From: Candidatus Multivoradales bacterium
Lineage (GTDB): Bacteria; Acidobacteriota; Thermoanaerobaculia; Multivoradales; J023
Length of the DNA: 64,000 bases
Assembly (NCBI GenBank): GCA_965248925.1
Contig: CBDFLE010000006.1
Span: 4,672,001 to 4,736,000, forward strand
Direction of reading: 5' to 3'
Shown here piece by piece: positions 21,003 through 30,730 of the stretch; the first letter of the stretch is position 1, and every line of letters starts with the position of its first letter. The notes beneath the pieces were generated by a model that was not told the DNA's origin, made no database searches, and was given only the letters and a program-made list of their open reading frames with translations. The translations under genes were made by a program, and so were the position numbers.

Positions 21003-21284
21003 ATGCAACGCATCAACCTTAGACAAGACATCCGACCGTTGTCAGAGTTTCGAGCGAACGCCGCCGCGATGCTGCGGCAAGTGCGCGAGTCAAAACGACC
21101 GCTCGTTTTGACCCAGCGCGGTCACAGCGCGGCGGTGGTCCTCGATGTTGGGCAGTACGAGCGGCAGCTCGAGGAAGTCGAGCTGCTCCGCGACATTCAC
21201 CTAGCCGAGCAACAACTCGCCGAGAACCGCGGCATCGGGCACCAGCAGTCGTGAGCTGCGGTGTTGCGGAAACTTCGTCAGTGA
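21003..21284 (+). CDS. Phd/YefM antitoxin; stops at 21254, apparent frameshifted tail to 21284
   Basis: IRPLSEFRANAA...RPLVLTQRGHSAAVVL; another frame gives AAVLRKLRQ* ending in a GTGA overlap with the toxin start. Confidence 0.8.
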
Positions 21285-21595
21285 AACGACGTTTGGTCAC
21301 CGCTCGCGGTCGCGCGGGTCACCGAGGCCGCTGAGTTCATTGCCACGGACAAGCTGGACGGAGAGTCTGTTCGAAGCTGTAGCGGGCCTGGCGACGTTTC
21401 CAAACAGCGGCACGGTTGAGCAAGAACTCGGCCGCGACGAGGTGCGGCAACTGCTCTACGGCGAATTCCGAATTGTCTATCGACTTGGAGTCCAAGCGAG
21501 CGCTGATCCTGACCGTCCGACACCGGCGTCGATTGCTCGATGAAACAGAGATCGGCGAATCGTCAGGAAAAATGGAAGTCAAGGCGAGTGCCTGA
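21281..21595 (+). pseudogene. RelE/ParE toxin pseudogene
   Basis: Fragments in different frames: WSPLAVARVTEAAEFIATDK / WTESLFEAVAGLATFPNSG...RQLLYGEFRIVYR / LILTVRHRRRLL. Confidence 0.8.
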
Positions 21596-21610
21596 GAAAG
21601 CTCTGGCGAG

Positions 21611-21639
21611 ATGACCATTAGTGGTTATCTTATGGTCAT
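21611..21639 (+). promoter_or_regulatory. Inverted-repeat operator upstream of the second Phd antitoxin
   Basis: ATGACCAT-N13-ATGGTCAT abutting the start codon. Confidence 0.55.
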
Positions 21640-21898
21640 GATCCAGGTTGGAATCGCAGATCTCAAAGCCAAGATGAGCCAGCACTTGCGGACGGTTCGC
21701 CGGGGACATCCTGTGATCGTGATGGACCGCGCGTGGCCCATCGCGAGGATTGCCCCTTACGAGAGTGAGGAGATTCTGCCAGTGCGAAAGCCGCTGCCCG
21801 ATGCTCCTGCTCTACAGGACGTCGCTCTGCCGCCGTCGCTCGATCTCGACTTCGACATCGTCGACTTGCTCATCGAGGAGCGTCAGGTCGACCGGTGA
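21638..21898 (+). CDS. Prevent-host-death family antitoxin
   Basis: VGIADLKAKMSQHLRTVRRGHPVIVMDRAWPIARIAP. Confidence 0.85.
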   Translation: MIQVGIADLKAKMSQHLRTVRRGHPVIVMDRAWPIARIAPYESEEILPVRKPLPDAPALQDVALPPSLDLDFDIVDLLIEERQVDR

Positions 21899-22323
21899 TT
21901 GTCTATCTCGACTCCTCTGTCCTTCTTCGCTTCGTCATGGATCAGCAGGATAGGCTGTTCGAATGGCCCCAGATTTCGGCCGGCGTGACCAGCGAGCTGA
22001 CCGAAGTCGAGTGCCTGCGCACTCTGGACCGACTACGATCGCAAGGGTCGGTTTCCGATGCAGCGCTGTCCGCCAGTCGCGAAGCAGTTTTCCGCTTTAT
22101 ACGCTCGATCGAGGTTGTCGAGATTTCGCGGCTAGTTCTCCAACCTGCTTGCTGGCCGCTGCCGACCACGCTTGGTACTCTTGATGCCATCCATCTGAAT
22201 ACAGCGATGCCGTGGCAAGAGAGCGCTAAGACAGAACTCGTGATGGCGACCCACGATCGAGCGATGGCACGGGCTGCAAGAGCCAGCGGCCTCGCTGTCG
22301 TCGGAGTTGCTGCCGACCGCTAG
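21895..22323 (+). CDS. vapC: VapC PIN-domain toxin
   Basis: YLDSSVLL, SELTEVE, LGTLDAIHL, ATHD; GTGA overlap. Confidence 0.88.
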   Translation: MIVYLDSSVLLRFVMDQQDRLFEWPQISAGVTSELTEVECLRTLDRLRSQGSVSDAALSASREAVFRFIRSIEVVEISRLVLQPACWPLPTTLGTLDAIHLNTAMPWQESAKTELVMATHDRAMARAARASGLAVVGVAADR

Positions 22324-22353
22324 TCCCACTCTGAGAGTTCCCGCTGGCAGCAG

Positions 22354-23403
22354 TCAGTCGGACCTTCCTGCTTTTTCGAGCACCTCGGTGTCGTTGTGGG
22401 TCAGGCTCCAGATGTACCAGAAGGTGTCGAAACCGAGGTTGGCCGGAGTGAGTTCTCCGAAGTTTCTCTCGGTGGAGTCAAAAGCGATCTCTGCGCCAGC
22501 CTCGTCGATCAGTTTCCAGGACTTTGCCTGCTGCTCGAAGTGACTTCCTGCGGGCGCCCAAAAAGCAACCGTCGCTCGGTGGAGATGGTCCTTCTTGGCG
22601 CGGTAGAGAAACAGCCGCTGACCGCTGAGATCGAAGACTCCACCGCCGATTAGCTGTTTGTGCGGTGCGGCCCAATGCTCGCCTTCGTGTTCGATGGCAT
22701 AAATCGCTGCTTTGTCGGCGAGCCGATCGTCGCCCGAGGACATCTTGCGGAAACCCTCTTTGGAAGCAAAGTAGCGGTCGTAGTGGTTGCGCGGATCGTG
22801 CTCGCGACCCTCTACCGATAACACCAGAGTGTCAGGGTGGCGGCGTTTCCAATCCTCCCAGGTGATCTTATCGGCGCCTTCGGCCTTGCGCAGCTGCTGC
22901 CCTTTAGCGGGGCCGTGGATGGCGTTTTCTTGGATGATTGACCAATGCGAGCCAGTCTCGCGGTCGAGCATCACCAAGCCGGCGTTGAGCAAGCCGCCGC
23001 TGGCTTCGAAGGTGTAGGTTTGGTTACTGTTTTGGCGGCTGTACACGACAGCCGTGTTGGCCAGCGGTCACCAAACAGCGGCAAACAAACTGCCGGCTAC
23101 CTGGTGGTTGACCACTTCGTGCGCGTTGAGCAAATTGAGGTCGTAAGCGTAGGCCTCGCCGCCGTGAGCGAAGCCGAGCACCCAGGCTTGGTCGGGGATC
23201 TTCGCCTCAGAAGCGGTGACAAAGATCGGGTCGACCAAGGCGGCGATAGCGCCAACGGGCAATAGCTGCTCGAAACCCTCGACCGGGATCGGCTCCGGCA
23301 ACTCAGGTTTCTTGGCGTCTTGCGCGTAGACCGGACTGAGAGCAGCCGCTGACAGTAGGGCGAACGACAGGACGGGCGCTCGATAGCGAGGACCTTTGAG
23401 CAT
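22354..23403 (-). CDS. DUF3179-family exported protein, probable selenoprotein (in-frame UGA at 23068-23070)
   Basis: ORFs 23068..23403 and 22354..23046 are in the same frame; read-through gives HEVVNHQVAGSLFAAVW-U-PLANTAVVYSR...SGGLLNAGLVMLDRETGSHWS...TWEDWKRRHPDTLVL...FWYIW; signal peptide. Confidence 0.8.
23036..23054 (-). promoter_or_regulatory. Candidate bacterial SECIS hairpin
   Basis: CGGCUGU-CGUGU-ACAGCCG starting 14 nt after the UGA; G at second loop position. Confidence 0.65.
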
Positions 23404-23457
23404 TGAATCTCCTGGACTCGGGTGGAACTGCGACAGCAGTGTCTACGGCCTGGTGCG

Positions 23458-23797
23458 GGCTTCGGTTCATCAGCCGCGGCCGGCGTGGACGTTTGTCGAT
23501 CTCAGCAGTTGCCGCGGGCGATAAAGCGGTCGAGCTGAGTGCCGGCCTGGCGCTGGACCTTGCCACGCAACCAGCCGCTCCAGCCGAGTAGGGTGCCGAC
23601 TGGCCCCAGCGCTTGACTTGCCCAGCGGTGGAAGTCGAAGTCGTCGCGGTGCTCAAGAATCAGGCCGTCTTTGAAGGTGAAGGTGGCCTGAATGCGATTG
23701 TCGACCCGGCGGCCGGTGGTTCCGAAGATGTATTTGGCTCGCCAGCTGGCGCTGCCTTGGTGGTCGTCGGCCTCGACTTCAGCAAAGGTTAGCTCAA
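23458..23797 (-). pseudogene. 5'-truncated second copy of the NTF2/SnoaL gene (3' part plus 44 bp downstream)
   Basis: Ungapped match to 24793..25132 (offset 1335); ELTFAEVEADDHQGSASWRAKY...FIARGNC*. Confidence 0.92.
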
Positions 23798-23903
23798 GCT
23801 GCCCTATGTCTACAACTTGTAGATCAAGGATTGAACAAGTGGAATCATGGAGCGGGGTCAGAAGTTGACTCGCCAGATGTGGGACGCGCACCGGCGAGTT
23901 GGA

Positions 23904-24557
23904 TCAGCTCGCCCTTTCTTTGTGGAGTTGGCGGCGAAGACTTCTCAGGAAGGCCTGCATCGAAGGAGGCCCCTTGGGCGGCGATAGTGGCGCGGATAGC
24001 AAGATAGCTTCTTCGAAGAGAGGATCGGGATCGACCCCCATGGTGGCGGCTTTGGTGTAGAGCTTGTCCAGAGCTACATGGCACTCACGCCAATCCCGGA
24101 CCAGATCCTCGATCGAGGCTGCCGCAAGGGCGCGGCGAGCTACGGCCTCCGCGTCGGGGTTTCGCTTTAGCTTCTTAGCGGATAAATGAATGTAGTCGAG
24201 TAGTATCGGCGAGAAGTTGTGCTTTGCTGCAACCTTGCGGATGTGCTCGCGACCCTCGTTATTCTCCTTGGGGTACCGGGCGCAGAGGCGGTCGAGAATG
24301 GGTGCCCAAATTGCCCATTTGCCGAATTGGCCGGCAGGAGCCTCGCACAATTGTTCCAGGCTTTCGCTGATAGGCACGTCGTCAATGTCTTGGGAAGTAG
24401 CTGACCTCCATTCTGCCAACCCCTCGGTATTGGGGAAGTTGAGCGCACCAAACCCGGTCAGAAAGCGCATTCTGAGAATCCTCGTTACCCAGGCGAGGGC
24501 CAGGAGCACGGCAACAATCTTAAGGATGCTCTCTATATGCTCGACCATCGCTTCCAT
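23904..24557 (-). CDS. Hypothetical protein with N-terminal TM helix
   Basis: 217-aa ORF, visibly more AT-rich than its neighbours; no family recognised. Confidence 0.6.
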   Translation of the reverse strand: MEAMVEHIESILKIVAVLLALAWVTRILRMRFLTGFGALNFPNTEGLAEWRSATSQDIDDVPISESLEQLCEAPAGQFGKWAIWAPILDRLCARYPKENNEGREHIRKVAAKHNFSPILLDYIHLSAKKLKRNPDAEAVARRALAAASIEDLVRDWRECHVALDKLYTKAATMGVDPDPLFEEAILLSAPLSPPKGPPSMQAFLRSLRRQLHKERAS

Positions 24558-24603
24558 CCTTGGCTTCTTCGAGTTAGGAAACCGACTTGGGTGGTCAGTC
24601 AGT

Positions 24604-24710
24604 CGCTCAGTCCCAGTCCAGCAAAAACGCCGATCTGGAATTCAGTGACCCGAGTTTTGCAGAAAATCTTTTCTTTCGCCAGGTCGGTCGACTGCGACAT
24701 CCAGGGGAAG
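24604..24710 (-). pseudogene. Degenerate copy of the nrdB 3' end
   Basis: FPWMSQSTDLAKEKIFCKTRVTEFQIG then frameshift; matches about 37580..37685 (FPWMSQSTDLAKEKNFFETRVTEYQIGASLDWD*). Confidence 0.9.
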
Positions 24711-24836
24711 CGCGCTCGGTAGGGAGAACCTTCGAGCATTGACTCTCTTAGACTTAGGTGGATTCGTGATAGTCGTGTTTTCGCTCGGTAGCGGCTTCGG
24801 TTCAGCAGCCGCGGCCAGCGTGGACGTTGGTCGATC

Positions 24837-25310
24837 TCAGTTGTTTCCGCGGGCGATAAAGCGGGCGAGCTGAGTGCCGGCCTGGCGCTGGACCTTGCCG
24901 CGCAGCCAGCCGCTCCAGCCGAGTAGGGTGCCGACTGGCCCTAGCGCCTGACGTGCCCAGCGGTGAAAGTCAAAGTCGTCGCGGTGCTCAAGAATCAGGC
25001 CGTCTTTGAAAGAGAAACTGGCCTGGATACGGTTGTCGACCCGGCGCCCGGTGGCACCGAAGATGTACTTGGCTCGCCAGCTGGCACTGCCCTGGTGGTC
25101 GTCGGCGGCGACTTCAGCGAAGGTGAGCTCGAATTCCTTGGCGCGTTCGCAGAGCATCGTCCACATGGCGCCGACTCGCTCCCCTTCGAGTTCGAAAGCA
25201 GGGTCGCGAAAAGTCGCCTGCGGGTGATAGCAGGCGGCCATCGTAGCGCCGTCCTGACGGGCAAAGGCGGTGTAAAAGCGGGTGATCAGCTCGGCATTGG
25301 GATGGCTCAA
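24837..25310 (-). CDS. NTF2/SnoaL-like (ketosteroid isomerase-like) protein
   Basis: LITRFYTAFARQDGATMAACYHPQATFRDPAF, HRDDFDFHRWARQALG. Confidence 0.88.
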   Translation of the reverse strand: MSHPNAELITRFYTAFARQDGATMAACYHPQATFRDPAFELEGERVGAMWTMLCERAKEFELTFAEVAADDHQGSASWRAKYIFGATGRRVDNRIQASFSFKDGLILEHRDDFDFHRWARQALGPVGTLLGWSGWLRGKVQRQAGTQLARFIARGNN

Positions 25311-25409
25311 GTGGGGCTCCTTCTGAGACTGGAATGGACCCCCATCCTACCTCCTGATCGATTGTCCTGAGGTAAGCGCGGTTAGAGTGCCGGGTAGCTC
25401 TCGCTTGGT

Positions 25410-27047
25410 TCAAGGCGACTTCGTTCTCACGTAGGCAATAGACCAATAGCGGTTAAGTGCATTTGTTCGCTCGGTTTGCTGGCTACCATCGGGCCAGCGG
25501 ATTTGTATTTCGACTTCACCGCCATAGTCGCCGAGACCGAAATGCAGCCGTAGGTCCGATTGACTGAGCACGCCACCACCGCTTCTTACCTGGCGCACCT
25601 GCGAATGTTCGCCCGTGTGCAGGCCGACGCGGGCGCCGATCGCTTGGCGGTTGGATGGCGGGCCGACCAGCACCAGGCCGAGCCAATGACCGGGATTGGC
25701 AGTGCGATTCTCAAGTAGCGCTGGCGGGCCGTTGGTGCGGGTCACCAGCAGATCGAGCCGGCCGTCGTTGTTGAAATCGCCGCTAGCCAGGCCTCGGCTG
25801 ACCGCGGCTTGCTGCCAAGGCCCGGTCGCCGCCGCTGGGCGAAAACTGCCGCCGCCCAGGTTCAGAAACAGCTGATCGGGCTGGGCGTAGGTCACCCCGG
25901 GTACGAACCGTTCGATGTTGTCCAGCACATGGCCGTTGGCTACGGCGAGGTCAAGGTCGCCGTCGTTGTCGGCGTCGAAGAGTTCGATTCCCCAGCCCAG
26001 GCGGCGGTAGGTCTGAGCATGCAGACCCGCTGCACGGGTCCGGTCGGTGAACAATCCGCCGCCGAGATTCCTGTAGATGCTGTTGGGTTCGAGGGAGAAA
26101 TTGCTGACCACCAGGTCTTCGCGGCCATCGCCGTCAAGATCACCCAGCGCGACTCCCATCCCGGCCAGGGGCTCGCCGGCCTCTCCTAGCACCGCGCCAG
26201 AGAGCAGGGAAGCATCCTCGAACTGCCCTTGCCCAGAGTTGAGATACAGACGGTTGGGGGTGCCGTCGTTGGCCACGTAGAGATCGAGGTCGCCATCGAG
26301 GTCGAGGTCGGCCAGGACTACTCCTAAGCCCTTCTCGGTCGCCTGGCGACGAATTCCCCGCTCGCTGGCCTGGTCGCTGAAGGTACCGTCGCCATGATTG
26401 ATATAGAGCGCATCGGGGACGCCGGCAAAGCGGCTGGGGTGGCAGTAGTAGTCGAGGGCACGGGCCCGGTCTGAGCACCGTGGGGGATTGCTGAAGGAGA
26501 CGCTGAGATAGCGGCTGACGTAGAGATCGAGGTCGCCATCCCCATCGACATCGCCAAAGGCACAGCCCACGCTCCACAGGTCGCCGCCATCGATGCCAGC
26601 GCGCTTCGCCACCTCTTCGAAGCGGCCTTCGCCGGTCGCTCGGTAGAGACTATCGGGGCCAGCATTAGTGAGAAATAGATCGAGTCGGCCGTCGCCGTCC
26701 GCATCGCCGATACACAGCCCCATGCCATAGCCCTGATCGTCGACCCCCGCCTGCTTTGCCACTTCAACAAAACGGCCCCCGCGATTCTCATACAGGGCGT
26801 TGCGTGGCGCTGGCTGTAGCTGGGAACCTGGAGTCGCGGCACCGTTCAATAGGTAGATGTCGAGGTCGCCGTCACCATCGAAGTCGACAAAGCCGCCGCC
26901 GCTGGCCACGGTCTCGATCAAATATCGTCGGCCTGAGCGGCCATCCTGATGCTTGAAGTCGAGCCCCACGTCGGCCGCCACATCGATGAAGGAGGGATCG
27001 GTGGCCACCGCGGCGGCGGTTATCAACAGCAGGGCGATCAGGCTCAT
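25410..27047 (-). CDS. CRTAC1-family protein (FG-GAP/VCBS repeats plus ASPIC/UnbV)
   Basis: Repeated DxDGDGDLDLY motifs; C-terminal AIGARV...SGGGVLSQSDLRLHFGLG...IRWPDG; signal peptide. Confidence 0.9.
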   Translation of the reverse strand: MSLIALLLITAAAVATDPSFIDVAADVGLDFKHQDGRSGRRYLIETVASGGGFVDFDGDGDLDIYLLNGAATPGSQLQPAPRNALYENRGGRFVEVAKQAGVDDQGYGMGLCIGDADGDGRLDLFLTNAGPDSLYRATGEGRFEEVAKRAGIDGGDLWSVGCAFGDVDGDGDLDLYVSRYLSVSFSNPPRCSDRARALDYYCHPSRFAGVPDALYINHGDGTFSDQASERGIRRQATEKGLGVVLADLDLDGDLDLYVANDGTPNRLYLNSGQGQFEDASLLSGAVLGEAGEPLAGMGVALGDLDGDGREDLVVSNFSLEPNSIYRNLGGGLFTDRTRAAGLHAQTYRRLGWGIELFDADNDGDLDLAVANGHVLDNIERFVPGVTYAQPDQLFLNLGGGSFRPAAATGPWQQAAVSRGLASGDFNNDGRLDLLVTRTNGPPALLENRTANPGHWLGLVLVGPPSNRQAIGARVGLHTGEHSQVRQVRSGGGVLSQSDLRLHFGLGDYGGEVEIQIRWPDGSQQTERTNALNRYWSIAYVRTKSP

Positions 27048-28396
27048 TCTTTTCCCTTTGGCGCCAGTCGTTGGTGCCGGCGGAAGTTGTCGAGTGCCGC
27101 CGTGTTCTGGGGGGCGCGGTCGAGCAGAGAGCTGGCGGCCTGTCGATCACCAGCCGTCAGTAAGACCTTGGCAAGTTCGAGTCGCCAAGGGACGTTCCAA
27201 GGCGCCAGATCCAGTGCCCGAGACAGCGACCGGCGGGCGCCGCCGAGGTTGTTGGTCACCTGCTCGAGTCGGCCGAGCAAGAGGTGGTAGCGGGCGAGGT
27301 GAGGATCTAGCTCGAGTCCGGCCAGCAGCAGCTCCCGAGCTTCGTCGAGCTGGTCGCTGGCCAACAAGGTCGAGGCCAGGCCCGCACGAGCATGTTGGCT
27401 CGCCGGCTGCTCGGCGAGCGCCTGGCGAAAGAGCTGCTCTGCCAGATTTCGCTGGTCCCGTCGCAGGAGGAGGTCGGCGAGTCCGAGACGCTCGTCCACA
27501 CTCAGGGCCGGGTCTTCGATGAGGTCGGGCAGCGCTAGCAAAGCCTGGTCGACGAAGCCTGCTTCGAGCCGCAAGCGTGCTTGCCGCAGGCGAATCGCTA
27601 GCGAGTCCGGCAAGTCGTGGGCTAGTGACCGCAGGACTCGTAGGCTCTCGATGGCCGACAAGGGGCCACCTTGCGGCCCGCCGTGGGACATTTCTGTCAG
27701 ACCTGCATGGATCTCCAAAGCTCGCTTTGCCGCTTCTCGCTGGCCGGCGGAAAGTCGCAGGCGCCCCAACAAATACCAATTTGCAGGTGCCAACGGATCG
27801 AGCCGTGCCGCCCATTCCGCGTGCTGTTGGGCTCGTCGGCGATCGTCGAGTTGGTGGGCGATCGACGCCGCCAGTGCCTGGCACCGGGCATCTTGGCGCC
27901 GGCCATCTTCAGTATCCAGGCAGGGCGCCAGGGCCTCCCACGCCTCGTGCGGGTTCGCCAGTGCCAGCGCCTCGGCCAGCAACAGGGCCTGTTCGACGCC
28001 CGGTTCGAGTTGTGCGGCGTGGCTTGTAGCCCGTAGTCCGTCGCCGAGAAGCAACAGCGCCTTGATATAGCGATGGCTGATCTCGGGATCGTCGGCGACC
28101 TGCTCGAGATAGCGCTCGAGGGCCGGCAGCGCCGGTTCCAGGCTTTGCCCAGGACCACTCAGCCAGGCGAGGGCCAATCCGCGCAATGACTCCAGTCGTG
28201 GTGGGTGGTTCGCCAAATCACTGCTCGCCAAATCACTGGCGTAGTACACCCGAGCCAGGTCGTAGCGCCGTTCGGCGAAGGCGTTGCGGGCACGGTGGTA
28301 CTGGTCATCAGAAGATTCTTCTCGGCCACCGCAGGCGAGGGCCAGGGCGAAGCCGAGGGCCAGAACTAACCCAGAACATCGGTGGACCCAGCTCAC
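27044..28396 (-). CDS. TPR-repeat lipoprotein
   Basis: LALAC lipobox; Ala/Leu-rich TPR units (ARLDP...WYLLGRL, LELDP...HLLLGRL). Confidence 0.8.
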   Translation of the reverse strand: MSWVHRCSGLVLALGFALALACGGREESSDDQYHRARNAFAERRYDLARVYYASDLASSDLANHPPRLESLRGLALAWLSGPGQSLEPALPALERYLEQVADDPEISHRYIKALLLLGDGLRATSHAAQLEPGVEQALLLAEALALANPHEAWEALAPCLDTEDGRRQDARCQALAASIAHQLDDRRRAQQHAEWAARLDPLAPANWYLLGRLRLSAGQREAAKRALEIHAGLTEMSHGGPQGGPLSAIESLRVLRSLAHDLPDSLAIRLRQARLRLEAGFVDQALLALPDLIEDPALSVDERLGLADLLLRRDQRNLAEQLFRQALAEQPASQHARAGLASTLLASDQLDEARELLLAGLELDPHLARYHLLLGRLEQVTNNLGGARRSLSRALDLAPWNVPWRLELAKVLLTAGDRQAASSLLDRAPQNTAALDNFRRHQRLAPKGKE

Positions 28397-30627
28397 CGAC
28401 CTGCTCCAGGTTTCCCAGCCGTGGAGGTGCGGAGCGGGTCGCCTTCGCGCAGGTACCAGATCTGATCCATCGCCACCTGGTGGAAGGTCTGGCGCGAGTC
28501 ACTCGCCGGCCACCAGACCTCGATCTCGGACAGTGCGGTCGCCTCGCCCAGGCCGATCTCCTGCTGCAAGCTGGAAGAACCAAAGCTGCCTCCGGTGCCG
28601 ACTGTGGCGTGGACCTGGCGCGGTCCAGAGGGGGTGGCCAGTTCGAGCCGTAGCCGCACCCCGATCGCCGAACGATTCTCGCGCACTCCTTCGAGCCGCA
28701 GGGTAATCCAGTGTTGGCCGTGGCCGGGGTTCTCGAACAGTGCATTGCTGAAACCGTCGCCGGAGTAGGCCCCGCCGAGCACGGCGTAGAGATCCTGGTC
28801 GCCATCGCCATCGAGATCACCAAAGGCGACGGCGTGGCCCTTCTGCAAGTGACCGAAGCCACCCGCCGTGGTGACCTCGCCGAAGCGGCCGTCGCCGTGG
28901 TTGAGAAACATACGGTTGGGCACGATGGCGCGCAAATCCGGGGCGCCGGTGCCGACGTAGAAATCGAGCCAGCCGTCGTTGTCGAGATCCCCGAAACCGC
29001 TGCCCATGGCGTAGAGCACCTTGTCGAGCCCCGCCTGTTGGGTGCGGTCGCTGAAAGTGCCGTCGCGGTTGTTGTGGTAGAGGCGTGGCGTTTCGCCAGG
29101 GCTAGCGGTGCCGAGGTAGTCGGCGGCGACGTTGGCAGCGCCGGCCGCCAGATATTCGGCGTCGTAGGCAGCGACCAGGAGGTCGAGCCAGCCATCGTTG
29201 TCGTAGTCGAAGAACCAGGTGGGAAAGCTGTAGCGTGGTTCGCCGACGCCGGCTTCGGCGGTCACTTCACGAAATCTACGGCCGCCATCGGCCGCCGCCT
29301 CGTTGTGCAGCAGGAGGTTGGGTTCGAGCATCCGGGTGAGGTAGAGGTCGAGCCAGCCGTCGTTGTCGTAGTCGCCCCAGACCACCCCTTTGACATAGCC
29401 CACTACCGCCGCGCCGACCTGCGCCGCGATCTCGGTGAAGGTGCCGTCGCGGTTGTTGCGATACAGCTCGCAGGGATGGCGATCTGCACCCAGCGATTCG
29501 TTGCCGATCATCAGATCGAGCCAGCCATCGTGATCGAAATCGCCCCAGGCCGCGGTTTGGGTCGGGTGAAAACTAAGCAGGCCGGCGGCTACTGTTACCT
29601 CTTCGAAACGACCCCCCAGGTTGTGCAGCAACGAGTTCGGATGGCGGCCTTCGGGCCCCAGCCAGGCACCGCGAAGCACCAAAATGTCCGCCAGACCATC
29701 GTTGTCGTAGTCGGCGTGGATCAGGTTCAGGCCACCGCCGAGGCCGCTCAGCCCGGCGCTGGCGGTGCGCTCTTCGAAGGCCAGTCGATCTTGGCCAGCG
29801 TCGTCACCACGGTTGCGGAAGAACCGCAGGGGGTCGAGCAGACCCCACGACGAGGTCAGGATGTCGAGGTGGCCGTCGCCATCCAGATCTTCGACCACCA
29901 CGCCGCCGGCCAAGCCGAATGCCGCGACTCCGGCATCGGCCGCTACATCATGAAAGCGGCCGATGTCGTCCGTCGAGGCGAAAACCGCTGGATCAATCCG
30001 CCAAGGCTCGGCCACCCCTTGTGGATACTCACCGACGGTCATTGCCGCCAGGTTGAGCAGCCAGCGGGCGTCGAGATCGTCGGGGTCTTCCCGCAGCAGG
30101 GTAGTCAACTCCGCCAGCGCTCGCCGCGAAGCTCCTTGCCGTCGGTGGAAGCCCTCAGCGGCGATCGGCGCCAGGCACGAGGCGCTGGTGTGATCGGCGA
30201 TGCAGTTTTGCTGCTCGCCAAGGCGCAAGTAGGCCAGCGCTAGCAAGGAGTGCAGCTGGCGGCGCAGCTCTGGGAGATCAGAATCCAGGAACTTCAAGGC
30301 TCCTTCGAGGCGGGAGATGGCTGCCTCTGTCCGCCCGGCGCGCAGCTCTTCCCGCGCCGTGCGCAAGGTTGCCTTGGCTTGGCCGGAGGGATCGGTGGGC
30401 GACTCGAGAGCAGCAAAGTGGTCGGCGCGAGCCTGGTTGAGATAGACATTGCGCAGGGGTCGGGAATTGGCAGCAAGGAGTCGCAGCCGTCCAGCCATCA
30501 GCCTGTTACTGGCCAGTACCGAGTGCTCATCAATGGTCGCGGGTCGGCAGCCAACAAGGGTGAGAGCGATCGCCAGGCCGGCCAGGCAAAGGCCGAATTT
30601 TAGACTGTGGAATTCCTGCTGTACCAT
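28393..30627 (-). CDS. CRTAC1-family lipoprotein with N-terminal helical domain (FG-GAP plus ASPIC/UnbV)
   Basis: LVGC lipobox; YLRLGEQQNC...C; DYDNDGWLD repeats; GFGHLQKGH; SAIGVRL...GGSFG...EIGLG...WP. Confidence 0.9.
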   Translation of the reverse strand: MVQQEFHSLKFGLCLAGLAIALTLVGCRPATIDEHSVLASNRLMAGRLRLLAANSRPLRNVYLNQARADHFAALESPTDPSGQAKATLRTAREELRAGRTEAAISRLEGALKFLDSDLPELRRQLHSLLALAYLRLGEQQNCIADHTSASCLAPIAAEGFHRRQGASRRALAELTTLLREDPDDLDARWLLNLAAMTVGEYPQGVAEPWRIDPAVFASTDDIGRFHDVAADAGVAAFGLAGGVVVEDLDGDGHLDILTSSWGLLDPLRFFRNRGDDAGQDRLAFEERTASAGLSGLGGGLNLIHADYDNDGLADILVLRGAWLGPEGRHPNSLLHNLGGRFEEVTVAAGLLSFHPTQTAAWGDFDHDGWLDLMIGNESLGADRHPCELYRNNRDGTFTEIAAQVGAAVVGYVKGVVWGDYDNDGWLDLYLTRMLEPNLLLHNEAAADGGRRFREVTAEAGVGEPRYSFPTWFFDYDNDGWLDLLVAAYDAEYLAAGAANVAADYLGTASPGETPRLYHNNRDGTFSDRTQQAGLDKVLYAMGSGFGDLDNDGWLDFYVGTGAPDLRAIVPNRMFLNHGDGRFGEVTTAGGFGHLQKGHAVAFGDLDGDGDQDLYAVLGGAYSGDGFSNALFENPGHGQHWITLRLEGVRENRSAIGVRLRLELATPSGPRQVHATVGTGGSFGSSSLQQEIGLGEATALSEIEVWWPASDSRQTFHQVAMDQIWYLREGDPLRTSTAGKPGAGR

Positions 30628-30730
30628 CGAGATCTCGCCGCGTGGACAGTAAAGTAGCCCTTGAGCACCCCTTGAGGTGCCCGCCAAGACCGGCGGTCGT
30701 TGCAGAGGACTTCACTGAGTATAGGACGAG

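Noticed and set aside
23458-25132. Diversity-generating retroelement TR/VR pair (also considered for the sdhB and nrdB copies)
   Set aside because: Mismatches are not confined to adenines, many are synonymous, and no reverse transcriptase is in the window
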